The notes beneath the pieces are model-generated. The model was not told the origin of the DNA, made no database searches, and saw nothing but the letters and a program-made list of their open reading frames with translations. Of a stretch of 64,000 bases of DNA, positions 60,416 to 64,000 are shown piece by piece. Each line of letters begins with the position of its first letter. Position 1 is the first letter of the stretch. The translations under genes were made by a program, and so were the position numbers. Origin of the DNA: Microcoleus sp. Its GTDB lineage: Bacteria; Cyanobacteriota; Cyanobacteriia; Cyanobacteriales; Microcoleaceae. Location: NCBI GenBank assembly GCA_052279835.1, contig CP181291.1, positions 4,608,001-4,672,000 on the forward strand. Reading direction: 5' to 3'.

Positions 60416-61198
60416 CTAACTAGCGGACGAGTATAGGGTGGGGTTCTCAGCTAATCCTGCCATTGCATCGGAAACACGCTGAGCTTTATTGACTGTCTGC
60501 CCGACAGCCAAGTTCTTAACATTAATTGCCGCATTTACATCTCTATCTAGTTCAAGACCGCAGACATAACAACTATGCCATCTGTCGGCAATCGTTTTAG
60601 GGATGTGAGTACCGCAACTAGAACAGTTTTGAGTTGTGCCATTTGGATTCACAGCTATAGCAAGCTTGCCAGCACTTTCAGCCAGGGAAACCAGAATAGT
60701 TAGAAATTCACTCCAACCAGCATCTAGAATTGACTTTGCCATCCTAGTTTTGACCAAAGCTTTGATATTTAAATCTTCAAACCCAATCACATCATACTTG
60801 TCGAGTAATCGCTTTGCAGTCTTGTAATGAAAGTCTTGGCGTTGCCTTGCAATATGCAGATGATGTTTAGCAAGACGTTTAACAGCTTTCCGTCTGCGAT
60901 TACTGCCTTGTTTTTTGCGATAAACAGCTTTATAATGAATTGATTTGTACTGAGGGAATAGCTTTTTGGTATTAAGTAAGTCTCGCTTTTGCCAAAAATA
61001 ATCAGGCTGCTCGATTATGGGAGCGATACTGCATGATCCCAGAGAGCATGAATCGACCGGGCAACGATTAGACTCATACCATTTGAAGCGCTCTGACAGT
61101 CTATAGTTGTACTGCATACGCAACAAGTTAAGCCACTCATCAAACTGATGAGATTGAGCTTTGTTTGGGCGTAATTTGTACTTGTAGGCTGTTATCAT
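60416..61198 (-). pseudogene. tnpB: TnpB with in-frame internal deletion
   Basis: AYKYKLRP N-terminus, FEDL, CSSCG/CYVCG zinc finger, DRDVNAA; RuvC-I (GIDxG) region absent; 260 aa. Confidence 0.85.
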
Positions 61199-61229
61199 AA
61201 ATATCAGTGTAGCATAAAATGGGTACGGT

Positions 61230-61481
61230 GCTCGGAAAAATGATTTTATTTCTAGCGGGATATGTATCTCAGATTTAAAAGCTCACTTGGTTTTGACTAC
61301 CAAATAGAGGCGTAAAGTTTTTACGGGACAGAGCATCAACAGGTTGTCTGAAATCTTGACTGATTTATGCACAAAGTGGGGCTGTAAATTAGTTGATTTC
61401 CATGGTAAAGAAGATCGTATCGATCTCTTGTTTCAATATTTGCCCCAGATGGAATTACCGAAATTTGTTGGTAATTTAAAA
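61230..61481 (+). pseudogene. tnpA: IS200-type Y1 transposase remnant
   Basis: SDLKAHLVLTTK*RRKVF (TAG at 61305); HUH degraded to EDRID; truncated after NLK. Confidence 0.85.
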
Positions 61482-61569
61482 GTGGTAATGGCTGCTGCAA
61501 CTGAGGTTACATCTCCAAAACACAGTTTTTCATGTTTGATTATTTAAAGCAACCGGGAAAATACCTAGA

Positions 61570-64000
61570 TTGAAACCAAAAACCTTAAATCTTACTTTAC
61601 CACTAACAACCTTGGAGGTTGTGTACCATTTGTTACAGCAAATGGTTCAACTTCCAGGGGCGATTTGGCTGGGAGAGCAAAATTTCCTTTCCTTGGAAAA
61701 TGAGCAAGTAATTCCATCCGAAAGGTTTGCAGCCTTGTTGTCGGAGCGGTTTAACGCCTTGGTGCGTGGAAGGCAAAATAATTTACGTACAAACCAGCAT
61801 CAAGAAAGTGCAAATAAGCTCGATGTTCTATGGAATGTGGAGTTGACTTTCGAGCCGCAGGCGATCGCAAATTTTCTCTCTCCCCTGGCCGACAAACTCT
61901 CCAAAACAACGCCAGAGGCCTCACTCACCCTAGACCCGATTGCTCTCAAAAAAAGACTCAAAAATATCAAGCCAAATTCACCGAAACTTCAAAGTAAATT
62001 CACTTTCGACTTGCTAGGGATTATTGCCGATAGCTCTCGGAAAAACAACGATTATTTGGCTATATATCCAGGGATAATCGAGAGCAATTTATCGGAACAA
62101 GGGCGAAATGAAGAAAACCTAAACAGCCACAATTTAGACATGGTTGGTGAAGTTAGCATCCCTAATTCTTGTGTAGCATTTTGTCAACCAGTGGAAGATG
62201 CTTTGCAGCAGCAACTCGCACAGGAGCGACTTTTAAATCAGGTAACAACTCAGATTCGTCAGAGTTTAGAATTGCCAGCAATATTGTCAAAAGCAGTGGA
62301 ACGAGTTCGAGATTTTTTGGAAGTAGACCGCTTGATAATTTATCAATTTGAAAAATCGCAAAAAACGGAAAAATACGACTTAGATATAGAAAACTTAACG
62401 CTATTTAATCAACCTGTAAATAGGCCATTGCATCAAGAAAATCGCAAGTATTTAGGTCGCGTAACCTACGAATCTTTAGCAAATAATACTATTTCCTCTG
62501 TCCTGAATTTTGGCGAAGATGCTAATTGCTTACCACAGGGAGTTATCGACCAAGAAAAATATCGTAAAGGTTTAACATTTGCCCTTAAAGATGTGGAAAA
62601 AGCCTATGCTTCCCAGCCATGTTTTTTAAATTTGATGCGACAAGCTAAGGTGCGGGCTAAATTGCTAGTGCCCATAGTGGTTCAAGATGAATTGTGGGGA
62701 CTGCTAATTGCCCACCATTCTACTTGTCGCGACTGGGAAGAAAGTAAAAAAATCTTTTTGCAGCAAATAGCAGAACATTTGGCGATCGCCATTTATCAAG
62801 CCGAACTCTATGCTGAAGTGCAGCAGCAAAAGCGCACCTTAGAACAGCGGGTAATTGAACGCACCACAGAACTTCGCGATGCCCTCGCAGCCGCCCAGTC
62901 AGCCAGCCTCGCCAAGAGCGAATTTTTAGCAGCTATGAGTCACGAATTGCGGACTCCCCTCACCTGTGTCATCGGCATTTCCGACACGCTGCTGCGCTGG
63001 TCCTATGGCAAAGTGGGCAGTAAAGAAGTGCCGATCGCCAAACAGCGACAGTACCTAAAAACCATCCGCGACAGTGGCGATCACTTATTAGAATTAATTA
63101 ACGATATTTTGGATTTGTCCCAAGTAGAAGCGGGAAAAGCAGTCTTAAAAATTAGCGAATTTTCTCTTTCTAAATTAGCATCTCAAAGTCTGCACGCCCT
63201 CAAGGAAAAAGCTGTGACCAAAGGGGTCGAACTGGTGCAAGAACAGCGGATTAATCAAGAATGCGACCTCTTCACCGCTGACCCACGCCGCTTGAGACAA
63301 ATTCTCTTTAATCTTTTAGGAAATGCGATTAAATTTACTCCCGAAGGCGGGCGAGTTATCCTGCGGATTTGGGTAACAGAAGATAATAAACGCACACCGA
63401 TAGTGCAGGTTCCAGATACTATATACCCAGGCAGAATCGCGGTTTTTCAAATCAAAGATACGGGCATTGGAATTCGTGAAGATCAGCGTTCTCTCTTGTT
63501 TCAAAAATTTCAACAATTGGATTCTCCCTACCGTCGCGAATACGGTGGCACTGGTTTGGGATTAGCATTAACTAAACAGTTAGTAGAACTCCACGGCGGT
63601 GCGATCGAAGTTGAATCCACCGTAGATGTAGGATCTACTTTTACAGTTTTCATACCCCTTCAGAGTCTCACTAAAGAGGAATACTCAAAATTAAAGTATG
63701 AAAAATTAAATTCATCTTTACCCCTGCATTCTTCCTCCTTGCGAGGTAGTCTGGTACTGATAGAAGAAGACGAAGAAACGGCGATGGAGATTTGCGATAT
63801 ATTGACAGCAGCGGGACTTCAGGTGGTGTGGATGATTGAAGGTTCGGGGGCGGTAGAACAAATTGAACTATTGCAACCAAATGCGGTGATTATTGATATG
63901 CGTTTGCCCGGTATGAATGGCGGAGAGATTATTCAAAAATTGCGCCAAAAACCAGCTACTAAAAATATGAACATTCTCGCTTTAACTGCTCAAGAAATTC
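61570..64000 (+). CDS. cikA: Circadian input kinase CikA-like GAF-HK-receiver protein (runs off the window; start uncertain)
   Basis: Open frame absent from the ORF track: LTFEPQAIANFL, CQPVEDAL, QIRQSLEL, MSHELRTPLTCVIG..LLRW, ICDILTAAGLQVVW. Confidence 0.9.
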   Translation, partial: MKPKTLNLTLPLTTLEVVYHLLQQMVQLPGAIWLGEQNFLSLENEQVIPSERFAALLSERFNALVRGRQNNLRTNQHQESANKLDVLWNVELTFEPQAIANFLSPLADKLSKTTPEASLTLDPIALKKRLKNIKPNSPKLQSKFTFDLLGIIADSSRKNNDYLAIYPGIIESNLSEQGRNEENLNSHNLDMVGEVSIPNSCVAFCQPVEDALQQQLAQERLLNQVTTQIRQSLELPAILSKAVERVRDFLEVDRLIIYQFEKSQKTEKYDLDIENLTLFNQPVNRPLHQENRKYLGRVTYESLANNTISSVLNFGEDANCLPQGVIDQEKYRKGLTFALKDVEKAYASQPCFLNLMRQAKVRAKLLVPIVVQDELWGLLIAHHSTCRDWEESKKIFLQQIAEHLAIAIYQAELYAEVQQQKRTLEQRVIERTTELRDALAAAQSASLAKSEFLAAMSHELRTPLTCVIGISDTLLRWSYGKVGSKEVPIAKQRQYLKTIRDSGDHLLELINDILDLSQVEAGKAVLKISEFSLSKLASQSLHALKEKAVTKGVELVQEQRINQECDLFTADPRRLRQILFNLLGNAIKFTPEGGRVILRIWVTEDNKRTPIVQVPDTIYPGRIAVFQIKDTGIGIREDQRSLLFQKFQQLDSPYRREYGGTGLGLALTKQLVELHGGAIEVESTVDVGSTFTVFIPLQSLTKEEYSKLKYEKLNSSLPLHSSSLRGSLVLIEEDEETAMEICDILTAAGLQVVWMIEGSGAVEQIELLQPNAVIIDMRLPGMNGGEIIQKLRQKPATKNMNILALTAQEI

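Larger units (their letters stand above)
60400..61481. mobile_element. Decayed IS200/IS605-family element (divergent tnpB and tnpA)
   Basis: Two transposon gene remnants; hairpin and TCAC end at 60400-60448 on the minus strand. Confidence 0.85.

Overview
64 kb from a filamentous cyanobacterium, probably Microcoleus/Oscillatoriales-like (abundant HIP1 GCGATCGC, heptamer repeats, psbEFLJ, ndhCKJ, cikA). The housekeeping backbone comprises lspA-bioY-bioB, pstSCAB (pstS split by a one-base frameshift), bioD, prs, tRNA-His, Mn catalase, cbiX-cobA, ndhCKJ, rubA-ycf48-psbEFLJ, a porin, a phytochrome phosphorelay and a partial cikA. An accessory block of about 19 kb (26.0-45.2 kb) is inserted between cobA and ndhJ. 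Its left half is the best candidate for an undescribed system: a stand-alone LSDAT/TRPM-type SLOG protein, a TIR/WD40 gene relic, a PD-(D/E)XK-like protein, and a triple-TIR-TM-14xWD40-TPR protein. Divergently transcribed from these are two paralogous DUF4231/SLATT membrane proteins fused to cell-wall-hydrolase-like domains (NlpC/P60-like; C39-like peptidase plus GH19). The right half holds toxin-antitoxin-like pairs, a ~460 bp direct repeat around an RTX protein, a truncated HNH gene and an orphan methyltransferase. Also present are a giant SF1 helicase gene pair beside tRNA-His, a decayed IS200/IS605 element and several MITE/REP families. No CRISPR array or rRNA was seen. All domain calls come from motif recognition by eye, not database searches.
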